Source of the DNA: Thermodesulfobacteriota bacterium
Lineage (GTDB): Bacteria > Desulfobacterota > Binatia > Bin18
Length of the DNA stretch: 64,000 nucleotides
Reading direction: 5' to 3'
Assembly: GCA_964291405.2 (NCBI GenBank)
Contig: OZ219926.1
Coordinates: forward strand, 672,001 to 736,000
Shown: positions 20,801 to 30,311 of the stretch, piece by piece
Layout: every line of letters starts with the position of its first letter
How positions within the stretch are numbered: position 1 is the stretch's first letter
Program-made: the position numbers and the translations under genes
Notes under the pieces: generated by a model
The model's input: only the letters and a program-made list of their open reading frames with translations
What the model was told of the DNA's origin: nothing
Databases searched by the model: none

Positions 20801-21350
20801 AATGGCGACGTTCACCGGAGCCGAGCCATAGCAGCATCGAGTCCGGCCGTTGCCCCTGAACGGCCTGAAGCAGGTCGGCAGAGCAGCAGAGTTGAATCAG
20901 ATGAGCCGGACCCGACTGCGTGGCGAGGGTGGCATCCCACACCTCATAGCCATAGTTGCCCAGAGCGGACGCCCCCGCAGTCTGCACCAGAAAGTCGGGT
21001 CGGCCGAAAAAATACTCGGGTCGAACATCTTGGACCGCACTGCTTTGTAACCAGCCTTGATAGATGACTTCGTGGCCGGCCTGCATAGCCGTTATGGTCG
21101 CCTCCATTCGGTCCACGCCCGCAGGTAGCATATAGATCTCACGACCCTCTTGTCGGAGTTGGGTCAGACACGCCTGTTCATGCCGGCGTCCCCGTTCGGT
21201 GAGCGTGGTTAGGGAGAGCGGTTCGGGGTCGGGCTGAGCCTGACCGGGAGAGTCCAGGGCATAGCGCGACATCCATGTCGCAAATGGCGAGGCAAGAAAT
21301 TCGTTCAGGTCTGTCGGGCCGTAGTAATACCGTCCGTTGTCCTTCTGCAT
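17868..21350 (-). CDS. TM0106-family RecB-like nuclease / RNase H-like / SF1 (DNA2/NAM7-type) helicase fusion
   Basis: GRPDFL..YEVWD nuclease region, FFDMEG and YNRDDC RNase H-like motifs, GPPGSGKT, VDEAGQ, GDQMQL, TVDKFQGQE, NRLNVALSRA. Confidence 0.92.
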   Translation of the reverse strand: MQKDNGRYYYGPTDLNEFLASPFATWMSRYALDSPGQAQPDPEPLSLTTLTERGRRHEQACLTQLRQEGREIYMLPAGVDRMEATITAMQAGHEVIYQGWLQSSAVQDVRPEYFFGRPDFLVQTAGASALGNYGYEVWDATLATQSGPAHLIQLCCSADLLQAVQGQRPDSMLLWLGSGERRHFRTADFIYYYLTLKQAFLAYMQHFDPAVQPSPELGGDYGRWTVQATRILETADHLSRVASISVSQIQKLNAAGITTLTSLAESTLTHVPRIEDTVFARLKEQAQLQAASVGADQPAYRILTPDQPAQRRGLALLPPASPGDIFFDMEGYPLVKGGLEYLFGAFTLDDDQRMFHDWWAHDIDQERRAFCDFIDWVYARWQADPTMHIYHYANYEVAALRRLMGRHGSREAEVDSLLRHEVFIDLYAVVRHGVRVGEPHYSIKNLERLYRPVRVGEVTSAVDSIAVYERWLASGEAQDWTASPLLQAIRAYNRDDCESTWQLTCWLWERQQEAGIAWIPKQDVPLESPEEPDPLADPASPQALAQTLLAEIPPAPQRRTQAARWQAQELLGQMVEFHRREAKPMWWAMFDRHAMTEEELVQDMNCLGGLRRLSQPPEPIKRSHGFWYGFDPDQDTKLDVGAQCYFAHDLEMKIPIHAMDQEWGRICLKFSTRRLKQLPNGLPPDSLSLIPDEYVSAQVIENAVRDIAQTWQKENQLPPALHDFLLRRPPRVGSFESVESIGSDPTDPTDLSRAVLRLVESLDHSTLCLQGPPGSGKTTLGAGMILSLLDRGKRVGITANSHAAILNLMRKCKELRQGRLECLKIGGPAEERFFELCPEAAYVQRVRDAIPRLEQFRLLGGTAWALSDPGLRGKLDYLFVDEAGQVSVANLMGMAAATENIVLCGDQMQLGQPVQGAHPGESGLSILEYLLQGKATIPPDMGVFLATTWRLHPELCHFLSDAVYEGRLHAAPQTAQRRVCLSQTGGRIITREAGLVFVSVPHEGNTQASDEEVQAVREVVGELLGRDITDTSGQRLRPLQLSDILCVAPYNMQVRKLQTALGPDARVGTVDKFQGQEAPVVILSMCASRGDTSPRGIDFLFHKNRLNVALSRAQSLAIVVASPALARTRCQTLTHMEQVNLFCRVMEEGKPSPQNISSAP

Positions 21351-21370
21351 ACGGCAGCCCTTCCCCACCG

Positions 21371-21949
21371 CTATTCCAAAACGGCGCCGCGAAAGGATGG
21401 CAGCGTCGCTCCTCCTATCGGTGTCCGTGTGGCCAGCAGCTGAGAGAAGGAAAACCGTGCATCAAACTCGGCTTTGGCCCGTTCAAACTCCAGCGTATTT
21501 ACCGGTTGCTGAGAGACGGCACGTCCAGTCTGGTTCAGCAGCAGACGGACACGATATCGCTCTTCCATCGACCATACCCGCTCTTGGCCCACCCCACCGC
21601 TCAGCGACATATTTAGAAAGACAAAAACAAAACGCTCCTGGAGGGCGAGATGTTGCAGGAGAACAGCGTCCTGGTTTTGCAGGGGGTTAAGGTATACTTG
21701 GCCGGCAATGTGTCGCTCAGATTCCGCACCGAGCTGAAAGGCGAGGGCCACGACCCAGACCCCGCCCTTCGCCTGATAGCCAACACAATTCAATAAAAAC
21801 GGCTGGAGGGGCCGGCGATACGAGAAGACTTCCTCTACGCGCATAGCTAGGGCGGTCTCACGGCCACCCCTCAACTCGACCATAGTAGGCGAGTCTGGGG
21901 CGGTTGTCTGGAGCCGTTGGTGAGACCTTGAATCGAGCTCAACTTTCAT
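21371..21949 (-). CDS. Hypothetical protein
   Basis: 192-aa ORF with AGGGG RBS, directly upstream of and co-oriented with the TM0106 gene. Confidence 0.6.
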   Translation of the reverse strand: MKVELDSRSHQRLQTTAPDSPTMVELRGGRETALAMRVEEVFSYRRPLQPFLLNCVGYQAKGGVWVVALAFQLGAESERHIAGQVYLNPLQNQDAVLLQHLALQERFVFVFLNMSLSGGVGQERVWSMEERYRVRLLLNQTGRAVSQQPVNTLEFERAKAEFDARFSFSQLLATRTPIGGATLPSFRGAVLE

Positions 21950-22081
21950 TGCCCCTGAGTCTTATCGCGTGTGAGGATGTTCAGCTACCTGAGCGATAAC
22001 AGAGGGACGATATCTCCTCGCCTCGGGCAAGCCATGGGCTATGCATTCGACCACTGCTGCTACAAGAAGCACAGACCGCGC

Positions 22082-23094
22082 TCACGAGCGGAACGCATCG
22101 AGCCGCCCGGCCAGAACCTGGGCAACCGGAGCCATGGGTTCGAGCCGCTCGAACAGAATCTTCAGGATGGCGGTCATTGGGGTGGCCAGCAACATACCAA
22201 CAACGCCCCACAGCATGCCCCACACGATCAGGGCCATGAGAATGACGATCGGGTGCAGGTCAAGAGCTTCCCCCATGACCTTGGGTTCAATGATATTACC
22301 GATAATGATTTGAATCAGACTTGGCAACAGGATAGCCAGGATCGCAGTTGTGGTCGAGATATCCGGGCTGACGACAACAACCGGTAAGGGAAGCAAGGTC
22401 GCGATAATCGACCCGACGCTGGGAATGAAATTGAGCAGGAAGGCGAGCAGGCCAAAGACCAGCGCCAGATCGACACCGAGGACGGCCAGGGTGAGGCCAA
22501 CCAGAACGCCGGTGGCCAGAGAGATCAGGGCCTTGGTCACAATGTAGTGTTCGATCCGCGTCTCAATCTCCGCCCAGACACCACCAGCTTTTTGCCGTGC
22601 GCCACCAAGCAGCAGGTACAGAACAAAGATCAGGACCAGTAAGCCTTGGGAGAGCAGGCCGACTATGGCATTCGTCGTCTGTAGCAGCACACCGCTGATG
22701 TTGCCGAGGGGCAGTTGGGCGAACGGGTTCCCTTCGGCGCGGAACGTGCCGGCTGGAGAAGAACCGACACCTTTGCACCGAGCAGCTCAATCTGCTGCTG
22801 GTAGGCAGCGGCATTCGCTTGTAACTGACTCACGGAGGTTGAGATGAGCAGGCCCAGACTACCGAGAATCAGTACGCCGATAACCAGGGTTGAAGCCACG
22901 GCGACGAGGTAGGGCAAGCGGAGTCGGTGGACCTGGAATTCAACCAGCGGCAGCAGCCCGTAGGCAATAAAAACGGCCAGGACAAAAGGAACCAGAACGG
23001 GTTGCAGCCAATACAGAGCGGCCGCTACCGCTACTGTGCTGACAATCAGTAGGCAGATCGTTTGAATACGGTATTCGTGCCGGGTGGGATCCAA
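22082..23094 (-). pseudogene. AI-2E family transporter with a single-base frameshift near 22755
   Basis: N half (22663-23094) and C half (22082-22690: FLLNFIPSVGS, GNIIEPKVMG..LDLHP, WGMLWGVVGMLLATP) are in different frames; adding one C at CTCCAG restores one ORF. Confidence 0.8.
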
Positions 23095-23105
23095 TTGTTC
23101 GGATA

Positions 23106-23612
23106 TTACCCTTGCGGCTGGGCATCTTTGAGGAGCCCGACGATTTCGGGATAGCCTCTGCCCATCGCGACTGCCTCAGGCGTCCAGCCATCTCCGCTGC
23201 CGCCTCGTACGTCGGCCCCTTTGGCTAAGAGGGCCTCAACGATCTCTCTATGGCCATTGTATGCCGCATAGCGCAACGGTGTGAAGCCATCCTTATCTTC
23301 AATATTGACATCCGCACCAGCTTCGAGCAGCACATTGACAATGTCGGTCTTACCAGTGGACGCGGCGTACCGGAGGGCTGTTTCTCCGTGCGCTCCAGCG
23401 ACATTCGGGTCCATACCGGCTTCGAGCATGAGTTGAATCGATTTCAGATCACCCACCTGCGCCCGGCTCCGAAACATCTTTTCACTATATTTCACGTTCC
23501 GGGCCTTCAATTGAGCCCGAGGGTCTTCCGCCGGCGCAGGCGCGCAGCCAGCGGCACACACAAGCAGCACGAGGACACTGTAAACGACTGACGTGAAACG
23601 GCGCTGTGACAT
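23106..23612 (-). CDS. Ankyrin-repeat lipoprotein
   Basis: Signal peptide with AAGC lipobox; three to four G-x-T-[AP]-L...LL-x-x-GAD ankyrin repeats. Confidence 0.85.
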   Translation of the reverse strand: MSQRRFTSVVYSVLVLLVCAAGCAPAPAEDPRAQLKARNVKYSEKMFRSRAQVGDLKSIQLMLEAGMDPNVAGAHGETALRYAASTGKTDIVNVLLEAGADVNIEDKDGFTPLRYAAYNGHREIVEALLAKGADVRGGSGDGWTPEAVAMGRGYPEIVGLLKDAQPQG

Positions 23613-23847
23613 TCCTTCCCCTTTTCGACATACACTCCAGACTCTATATCCCATGCCATAAGTATTAGGATGTACAAGGGCTGAAAGAGTCGTCATATTT
23701 CCCCTATCAATTACCAGTCCTGCCAGGACGGGCAAGACCCCTAAGACCCTAGTGCAGACCCTCAATGCTTGAACTACAGACTCCCGTTCTTCTACCGTCT
23801 CGCGGAGGCCGGGCTTTAAAGAACGAAAAACGCACACCCTGAGAGGA

Positions 23848-24345
23848 CTATCTCTGTCGCTGCATCATTACGAGTGAATACGGCTCAAACGTACCCGCCC
23901 CAAAATCGACCTCAAGCCGCTCCTCAAAGCCGCTTTCGTGCGGACTCAGTATCTTCCGTGCGCGTTTCGCTTTGGGCTGATGTCCAGGAGGGCGGTCCGG
24001 AAAAGAGAGACTCTGTCCATCGTAGCTCAGTTGGTAGTCAATCAGCCCTCCCCCATCGGTGTAGGCACGGGCTTCGAGTTGCTGGCTAGTGGCGTTACAG
24101 CCGAGCATCACGCAGGCTTCATGCACGTCCAAGAGCGCGTCCTTCAGCGGATAGACGACACGCATGCGCAAGGACAGAAATTGGCCGCCCGCCTCCCACA
24201 CTCCGACCACCTGCTTGTGAAATCGCCGCCGGCCTTTCGCGTAGCTCCCGTCTCCATGAAAACGTCCCACGAGAAATTCGAGCTTCTGGAGCAGTTGCGG
24301 TTTAGGCGGGTGGGCGAGTTTGTCAGACGGCAGTGGGTCCAGCAT
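23848..24345 (-). CDS. Hypothetical protein (DUF1579/lipocalin-like beta barrel, tentative)
   Basis: GAGGAGG RBS; LEFLVGRFHGDG N-terminal motif and beta-rich pattern. Confidence 0.55.
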   Translation of the reverse strand: MLDPLPSDKLAHPPKPQLLQKLEFLVGRFHGDGSYAKGRRRFHKQVVGVWEAGGQFLSLRMRVVYPLKDALLDVHEACVMLGCNATSQQLEARAYTDGGGLIDYQLSYDGQSLSFPDRPPGHQPKAKRARKILSPHESGFEERLEVDFGAGTFEPYSLVMMQRQR

Positions 24346-24384
24346 GTATCCTCCTCACGAACACTGGCGTTGTGCCCCCGTAAT

Positions 24385-24474
24385 TTTATCCCGACGGCCA
24401 AAGCTCTGGCCCTTGTCCAAGATATACCCGACTCCCCTTTTGCCGCCATCCCGAATCCGATAGCCAGAAAATAA
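24385..24474 (+). pseudogene. Relic fragment of a UGSC-family gene
   Basis: FIPTAKALALVQDIPDSPFAAIPNPIA matches FVPTAKAMATVQGMSDYPFAVIPHPIA (15992-16072) at 18 of 27 positions; no start, followed by a stop. Confidence 0.7.
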
Positions 24475-24544
24475 GGAATGTCTCTCAGACTCGCCGCGGC
24501 ATGCTTTTAGCGATGGGAGTCCCAGTACGGAATTCGACACGCCC

Positions 24545-25078
24545 ATGAGTACAATCGAACCTTCTTTTGGTATTACCCTGGTACTCGGCGGTGCGCGCTC
24601 GGGCAAGAGTACCTTCGCCGAGAGCCTGGCGCGCTGCCATAACCAGCGGGTCTATATCGCGACTGCCGAGTGTGTTGACGACGAGATGGCACATCGCATC
24701 GAGACGCACCGCCGCCAGCGCGGGGCTGACTGGCGCACGGTAGAAGCACCGCTTGAGCTTGCAGAGGCCATTCGGCAGGAGGGTGCACCCAACGTCTGCC
24801 TGCTGGTCGATTGCCTGACGGTGTGGCTTGGCAACCTCATGCATTATGGTTGGGAAATCGACGCTGCCCAGGACGCGCTACTCGATACGCTCACCGAGGC
24901 ATCCGGGCCAATAGTATTGGTCGCCAATGAAGTCGGCCTGGGCATCGTGCCGGACAACGCCGTGACGCGCGCCTTCCGCGACCACGCCGGCCGGCTCAAC
25001 CAGGCCGTCGCCCGGTTGGCGGAGCGTGTCTATTTTGTGGCCGCGGGCCTACCCGTCCTGCTCAAAGGTCCCGAGTAA
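24545..25078 (+). CDS. cobU: Adenosylcobinamide kinase / adenosylcobinamide-phosphate guanylyltransferase
   Basis: GGARSGKS, EMAHRIETHR, LVDCLTVW, NEVGLGIVP, FRDHAGRLNQ. Confidence 0.96.
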   Translation: MSTIEPSFGITLVLGGARSGKSTFAESLARCHNQRVYIATAECVDDEMAHRIETHRRQRGADWRTVEAPLELAEAIRQEGAPNVCLLVDCLTVWLGNLMHYGWEIDAAQDALLDTLTEASGPIVLVANEVGLGIVPDNAVTRAFRDHAGRLNQAVARLAERVYFVAAGLPVLLKGPE

Positions 25079-25098
25079 ACATCTCTGGCGCACGGCCG

Positions 25099-25872
25099 TC
25101 ACGGCGACGACATCACCCCGACGACTCCGAGATACATCCCCAGCTCGCTCGTTTGCTGTACGCCACCGAGACAGTCTCCGGTATATCCACCCAGCCTGCG
25201 CTCATACATGCCCCGCATGGCGAGATGCCCGGCGGCAAGCCCTATTAGACCGACGGGAATGACGGCCTGCACACCCGTTACACCTAATCCACACACCGCG
25301 ACCCCACCGGTTGCCAGGGCGAATAGAAGGCCGCCAGGACGCAGCGTCTCGGCGACCGGTGTGGCCATACCGGCGTCCCGTACGTAATGGCTCGTCGCGA
25401 TCACAAGCACGACGGATGACCGGCTCGCGGCGTGCGTGGCGATCAGTAGCCACGGGATAATATGGGGCGGCAGCGCGGCGAGGGCCAGGAATTTCGTCGC
25501 AAGCATAAGCCCGAGCCCGGCAGCGCCATAGGTTCCGAGCCGGCTGTCGTGCATGATGGCAAGCGTTTTCTCCCGGTCCGCACCGCCGAACCCGTCGCAG
25601 ACATCCGCGAATCCGTCCTCGTGCAGGGCACCGGTCGTGAGCAACGAGGCTGCGATGGAGAGGACCACTGCCAGACTCATCGGAAAAGCCAGATGGGCGA
25701 GCCAGAATACGCCACCCGCAAACACGCCGATCAAGGCGCCGACGAGCGGGTAATAACGGACCATGGCAGACAGTCTCTCCTCAGAGAAGACACCCGACAC
25801 CCGTACCGGCCAGCGAGTCAGGAACTGGACGGCAAGCAGTAATGCGTCGAGTTCCCGACGGGCCACGTTCAC
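25099..25872 (-). CDS. cobS: Adenosylcobinamide-GDP ribazoletransferase (cobalamin synthase)
   Basis: QFLTR, TGALHEDGFADVCDG, IMHDSRLGTYG, GGYTGDCLG; GTGA overlap with the cobT stop. Confidence 0.95.
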   Translation of the reverse strand: MNVARRELDALLLAVQFLTRWPVRVSGVFSEERLSAMVRYYPLVGALIGVFAGGVFWLAHLAFPMSLAVVLSIAASLLTTGALHEDGFADVCDGFGGADREKTLAIMHDSRLGTYGAAGLGLMLATKFLALAALPPHIIPWLLIATHAASRSSVVLVIATSHYVRDAGMATPVAETLRPGGLLFALATGGVAVCGLGVTGVQAVIPVGLIGLAAGHLAMRGMYERRLGGYTGDCLGGVQQTSELGMYLGVVGVMSSP

Positions 25873-26894
25873 TCTCCCGCTCCGCTGATTCCGGCAGTCT
25901 CGAAAGTTGCCATGTCCGAAAGCATGGCCGCGGCGCATTTGAGGATTGGCCAGGCCAGCAGTGCACCTGTGCCTTCGCCGAGACGCATCTCCAGGTCAAG
26001 CACCGGACGGGCGGACAGGGACTCAAGCACCACGTGGTGGCCTGGTTCGGCAGAACGATGGGCGAAGACGAGGTATTCCCGTAGCGGCGGGGCAAGCTCA
26101 ACCGCGGCGAGCGCCGCGGCGCTCGCGATAAACCCATCGACCAGCACAACCGCTCCGGCCTGTGCCGCACCGATAAACGCCCCGACCATCATCACTACTT
26201 CGAACCCACCGTACTCGCGGAGCGCCTCACACGCATCGAGCCGTGCCGGGGTACGGGCCGTGGCGCGCGCGAGAACCACACGCTTACGCGCCAGCCCGGC
26301 GGCGTCAAGTCCAGTGCCACAGCCGATCAGCACGTCGAGTTCAACACCAGTGAGCTTGTGGACGATCAGGCTTGCGGACGAGGTGTTGGCTATCCCCATT
26401 TCACCGAACGCTACGACCTCCGCGGTGATGTTCTGACCAATCTCACGACCACTGCCAAGCGCGGTCTCACACTGTTCCGACGTCATGGCAGCCTCCACGG
26501 CACTGTTTCGGGTGCCGGCAGCGATCCGCCGCGAGGTGAGTCCGGGGACCTGGACCGCAGCGCCAGAGACGCCAGCATCAACGACGTGCAGGTCTACACC
26601 GTTCACGCGCGCAAAGATATTTGCCGCAGCGCCGCCGGTGAGAAAATTGGCGAGCATCTGCCGCGTCACCTCTTGCGGATAAGCAGATACTCCCTCAGCC
26701 GCTATCCCGTGGTCGCCCGCAAAAATGATCAGGCGGCAACGGTCCAGACGCGGCGTGAGCGTATCCTGGATGCGGGCGATCTGTGCGGCCAGTGTCTCGA
26801 TGGCTCCCAACGCACCGAGCGGCTTGGTTTTGGTGTCGATGGCGTGCTGGATCGCGGTATCCCGTGCGTGGGAGACGGGCCGAATATCAAACAT
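25869..26894 (-). CDS. cobT: Nicotinate-nucleotide--dimethylbenzimidazole phosphoribosyltransferase
   Basis: KTKPLGALG, FAGDHG, GEMGIANT, VDGFI, MRLGEGTGA. Confidence 0.96.
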   Translation of the reverse strand: MFDIRPVSHARDTAIQHAIDTKTKPLGALGAIETLAAQIARIQDTLTPRLDRCRLIIFAGDHGIAAEGVSAYPQEVTRQMLANFLTGGAAANIFARVNGVDLHVVDAGVSGAAVQVPGLTSRRIAAGTRNSAVEAAMTSEQCETALGSGREIGQNITAEVVAFGEMGIANTSSASLIVHKLTGVELDVLIGCGTGLDAAGLARKRVVLARATARTPARLDACEALREYGGFEVVMMVGAFIGAAQAGAVVLVDGFIASAAALAAVELAPPLREYLVFAHRSAEPGHHVVLESLSARPVLDLEMRLGEGTGALLAWPILKCAAAMLSDMATFETAGISGAGE

Positions 26895-27119
26895 GAACAG
26901 ATTTCCTCGGCTGGCCTCAGTCGTCTCGTGGCCAAGCCGTATGCATTTCGTGTGCGGCGGCGCGCTGTCAACGTTTCGGGACCCTAGCATGGAGCGGGGG
27001 TAGCGGCTAGCCACAGGAAACGAGGATCGGTGAGGGTGCAGAACTATGTGTGACACTAAGAGCGCTACCCTTGACTTCGGCTGGATGGTTTGTATGTATG
27101 TGGCCTGCATTCAAAGCCC

Positions 27120-27722
27120 ATGGACACTCCCGCCACGCATAAGGAAAAGATGAAGGCCCTACAGGCTGAGCACCGCCGTAAGGTGAGTGCCGCCCGCCAT
27201 CCGGGGCGAGGCCTAGTCCTGGTCTATACCGGCGACGGCAAAGGTAAGTCGAGTTCAGCCTTTGGTGTGATTGCGCGGGCACTCGGCTGGGGCCAGCGGG
27301 TCGGCGTCGTCCAGTTCATCAAGGGCAAGTGGATGACCGGCGAGCGGAAATTCTTCGCCGGATTTCCCGACCAACTCGTCTGGCACTGCATGGGAGATGG
27401 TTTCACCTGGAACACTCAGGACCGCGACCGTGACACCGAGGCCGCTGTGGCGGCCTTTGCCAAGGCACGAGGGCTGCTGGAGAGCGGTGACTACGATCTG
27501 GTCGTGCTGGATGAAATCAATATTGCGCTCCGTTACGACTATCTGTCCGTCGAGGCCGTGCTTGAGGGCCTTAAAGCCCGCTCGACCCGGACAAGTGTCA
27601 TTCTGACGGGACGCGACGCCAAACCGGAGCTTCAGGACTATGCCGACCTCGTCAGCGAGATGCGTGAGGTGAAGCATCCTTTCAAAGCCGGTATCAAAGC
27701 CCAGCATGGGATCGATTTCTGA
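27120..27722 (+). CDS. cobO: Cob(I)yrinic acid a,c-diamide adenosyltransferase
   Basis: TGDGKGKSSSAFG, QFIKG, GDGFTW, LDEINIA, LTGR, KHPF. Confidence 0.96.
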   Translation: MDTPATHKEKMKALQAEHRRKVSAARHPGRGLVLVYTGDGKGKSSSAFGVIARALGWGQRVGVVQFIKGKWMTGERKFFAGFPDQLVWHCMGDGFTWNTQDRDRDTEAAVAAFAKARGLLESGDYDLVVLDEINIALRYDYLSVEAVLEGLKARSTRTSVILTGRDAKPELQDYADLVSEMREVKHPFKAGIKAQHGIDF

Positions 27723-28557
27723 GGCGGTGTTCCGGCTGGTCGCCTGGACCGTTCTCGGCGTGTTGGCCGCGTGCAGCCCCGCTGAGCAGCCAACACGCTT
27801 AGGCCAGCCGACACGCATCGTGAGTCTTGACTACTGCGCCGATCAGTACATCCTCAAGCTGGCACCGCGCGAGCGCATCCTGGCAGTCTCGCCCGACGCC
27901 GAGAAAACCTTCTCCTATATGCGTGGCCACGCCAAGGGGCTCAGACAGGTTCGCCCCCGGGCCGAAGACGTTCTCGTCCTGCAACCCGATTTGGTGGTTC
28001 GCTCCTACGGCGGTGGGCCGAACGTCACCGCGTTTGTCGAGCGCATGGGCACACCTGTGCTGCAGATCGGCTTTACCAGCGACCTCGACGACGTCAGAGA
28101 CACGATCACAGCAGTGGCAGAAGGGCTTGGCCAGCGGGATCGCGGCACAGCAATAATCGCCGAGATGGATACGCGGCTGGCGGCTCTGCGCGCCCTACCG
28201 GACGCGTCGTCGGCGCTGTATATGACGCCGGCTGGTGTGACGAGCGGGCCCGGAACCTTGGTCCACGAGATGCTGAACGCCGCGGGCTTGGCCAACTTTC
28301 AGCAGGAGCCCGGCTGGCGGTCCCTGCCACTCGAGCGTTTAGCCCGTGAACAACCTGACCTCGTGGCGGCCGTCATCTGGGGAGCCACGAATCACGATGA
28401 CAATTGGAGCGCAGCCCGCCACCCCATCGCCCGCCAACAGCTTCGCGAGCGGCCCGTCGTTTCGCTTGAGGGAGCCTGGATTGCCTGTGGCGGATGGTTT
28501 CTGCTCGATGCCATTGAGGCACTGGCGCTGACAGGCGGCGGAGAGACCGCGCAGTGA
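27706..28557 (+). CDS. Corrinoid ABC transporter substrate-binding lipoprotein (BtuF-like)
   Basis: LAAC lipobox, RIVSLDYCADQY, EDVLVLQPDLVV; located in the cob operon. Confidence 0.85.
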   Translation: MGSISEAVFRLVAWTVLGVLAACSPAEQPTRLGQPTRIVSLDYCADQYILKLAPRERILAVSPDAEKTFSYMRGHAKGLRQVRPRAEDVLVLQPDLVVRSYGGGPNVTAFVERMGTPVLQIGFTSDLDDVRDTITAVAEGLGQRDRGTAIIAEMDTRLAALRALPDASSALYMTPAGVTSGPGTLVHEMLNAAGLANFQQEPGWRSLPLERLAREQPDLVAAVIWGATNHDDNWSAARHPIARQQLRERPVVSLEGAWIACGGWFLLDAIEALALTGGGETAQ

Positions 28558-29543
28558 CCGCGAGTGGGCTCAATCTTGCCCTGGCCACGACGGCTGTCGC
28601 GGCGCTGGCGGCCGCCTGTTTTCTCGGGACAACCCCCATGGGCGCACCCCGCGTACTGGCAGCATTCCTGGGGCAGGCTCCGGTCGGCGACAGTCTGGTC
28701 GTCTGGCATATCCGCTTGCCGCGTGCGATGGCCGCGTTCGTGGTCGGCGCCGCGCTGGGGGCAAGTGGCGCCGCAATGCAGGGTCTGCTGCGCAACCCGC
28801 TTGCGGAGCCTGGGGTCTTGGGCGTATCGGCGTCAGCCTCTCTGGGTGCGACGTTTGTGCTGTACTACGGTTTCGCAGATGCCTGGGGGTATAGCGTGCC
28901 GGTGGCCGCCATCACAGGTGCGTCCGCAGCGTCGGCCCTCATCGCCCTAGTCGCGGTTCACACCTCATCGGTGGTCACGCTCATCCTGGTCGGCGTCGGC
29001 CTGTCAAGCTTCGCGGGGGCGGCCATGTCGCTACTGATGAATCTTGCCCCCAACCCGTTCTCACTGGCAGATATGGTGAACTGGATGCTGGGCTCCGTCG
29101 CCAACCGGAGCATTGACGACCTGGCACTCGCTGCCCCATTCATGGCTATCGGCCTGGCCATACTCTTCGCGACCCGCCGGGGCCTGTCGGCGCTCACGCT
29201 GGGGGAGGAAGCCGCCGTCGGCGTGGGCCTCAATCTCCGTCGCCAGCGCCTCGCGGTTGTGCTAGGTACCGGGCTGGCTACCGGCGCGGCAGTTGCGGTC
29301 GCAGGCGCTATAGGTTTTGTCGGTATCATCGCGCCACATATTGTGCGCCCGCGCGTCGGTCACGACCCGGCGCGCAGCCTGCTACCGTCAGCACTACTCG
29401 CCGGGCTCGTCCTCGTACTTGCCGACATCGCGGTCCGTCTGTTGCCGACCAGTTCGGAGTTGAAGCTGGGCGTGGTCGCCGCTTTTATCGGCGCGCCCGT
29501 CTTTGTCTGGATCACTCTACAGCGGAGGGCAGTCCGTGACTGA
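28554..29543 (+). CDS. FecCD/BtuC-family ABC permease
   Basis: IRLPRA, QGLLRNPLAEPGVLGVS, LGEEAA, IGFVGIIAPH. Confidence 0.92.
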   Translation: MTASGLNLALATTAVAALAAACFLGTTPMGAPRVLAAFLGQAPVGDSLVVWHIRLPRAMAAFVVGAALGASGAAMQGLLRNPLAEPGVLGVSASASLGATFVLYYGFADAWGYSVPVAAITGASAASALIALVAVHTSSVVTLILVGVGLSSFAGAAMSLLMNLAPNPFSLADMVNWMLGSVANRSIDDLALAAPFMAIGLAILFATRRGLSALTLGEEAAVGVGLNLRRQRLAVVLGTGLATGAAVAVAGAIGFVGIIAPHIVRPRVGHDPARSLLPSALLAGLVLVLADIAVRLLPTSSELKLGVVAAFIGAPVFVWITLQRRAVRD

Positions 29544-30309
29544 ACTCTGCGCAAAGAACGTGACGGTCAGAGTCGGTCGAGCGACGCTCGTGGAGGCGGC
29601 GTCCTTCAGCCTGCGATCCGGTGAGTTGGTCGCTCTGCTCGGACCTAATGGTGCGGGCAAGACCACCTTGCTACGCGCCACGCTGGGTCTCGGACATCTT
29701 TCCGCAGGATCGGCGACGCTAGACGGCACGACCACAGCGCGACTCTCGTCCGTGGAACGGGCGCGCCGCGTAGGCTATCTTCCTCAAGTACGCCCGCTTG
29801 CTTGGCCCAATACCGTGCGTGACGTGGTCGCGCTCGGACGGTTCGCCTACGGCGCGGCACTCGGACGACTGCGTGCCAAGGATGCCGAAGCGGTCGATCG
29901 GGCGGTGGTTGCGTGCGACCTTGCTGACCTCGCACACCGTCGAACCGATACCTTGTCCGGCGGAGAACTCGCCCGTGTTCACTGTGCCCGAGCCTTTGCC
30001 ACCGAGGCTCCGCTGCTGATTGCCGACGAGCCGACCGCGGCCCTTGACCTGCGCCACCAGTTCCAGGTCATGGATCTCCTGCGGCGTTTTGTGGATGCGG
30101 GTGGCGGTGTGTTGGTCGTCCTGCACGACGTGGGGCTTGCCGTCCGCTTTGTCGACCGGCTCATTTGGATGAAAGGCGGGACAATCCTTGCGGACGGTCC
30201 GCCTGAAGAGACCCTGACCACGGACCGGATACGGGCGGTCTACGGTATGCACGCGCGGGTTGAGCGGCAGGGCACCGAGTGGAGCGTACAGATCGAAGGG
30301 GTGGCCTGA
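29536..30309 (+). CDS. ABC transporter ATP-binding protein (BtuD/FecE-like)
   Basis: GPNGAGKT, LSGGE, ADEPT, VLHD. Confidence 0.93.
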   Translation: MTELCAKNVTVRVGRATLVEAASFSLRSGELVALLGPNGAGKTTLLRATLGLGHLSAGSATLDGTTTARLSSVERARRVGYLPQVRPLAWPNTVRDVVALGRFAYGAALGRLRAKDAEAVDRAVVACDLADLAHRRTDTLSGGELARVHCARAFATEAPLLIADEPTAALDLRHQFQVMDLLRRFVDAGGGVLVVLHDVGLAVRFVDRLIWMKGGTILADGPPEETLTTDRIRAVYGMHARVERQGTEWSVQIEGVA

Positions 30310-30311
30310 GC

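Noticed and set aside
23613-23847. N-terminal extension of the ankyrin lipoprotein and AGACCC mini-repeats
   Set aside because: RBS and lipoprotein signal place the start at 23612; the repeats are too short to interpret.
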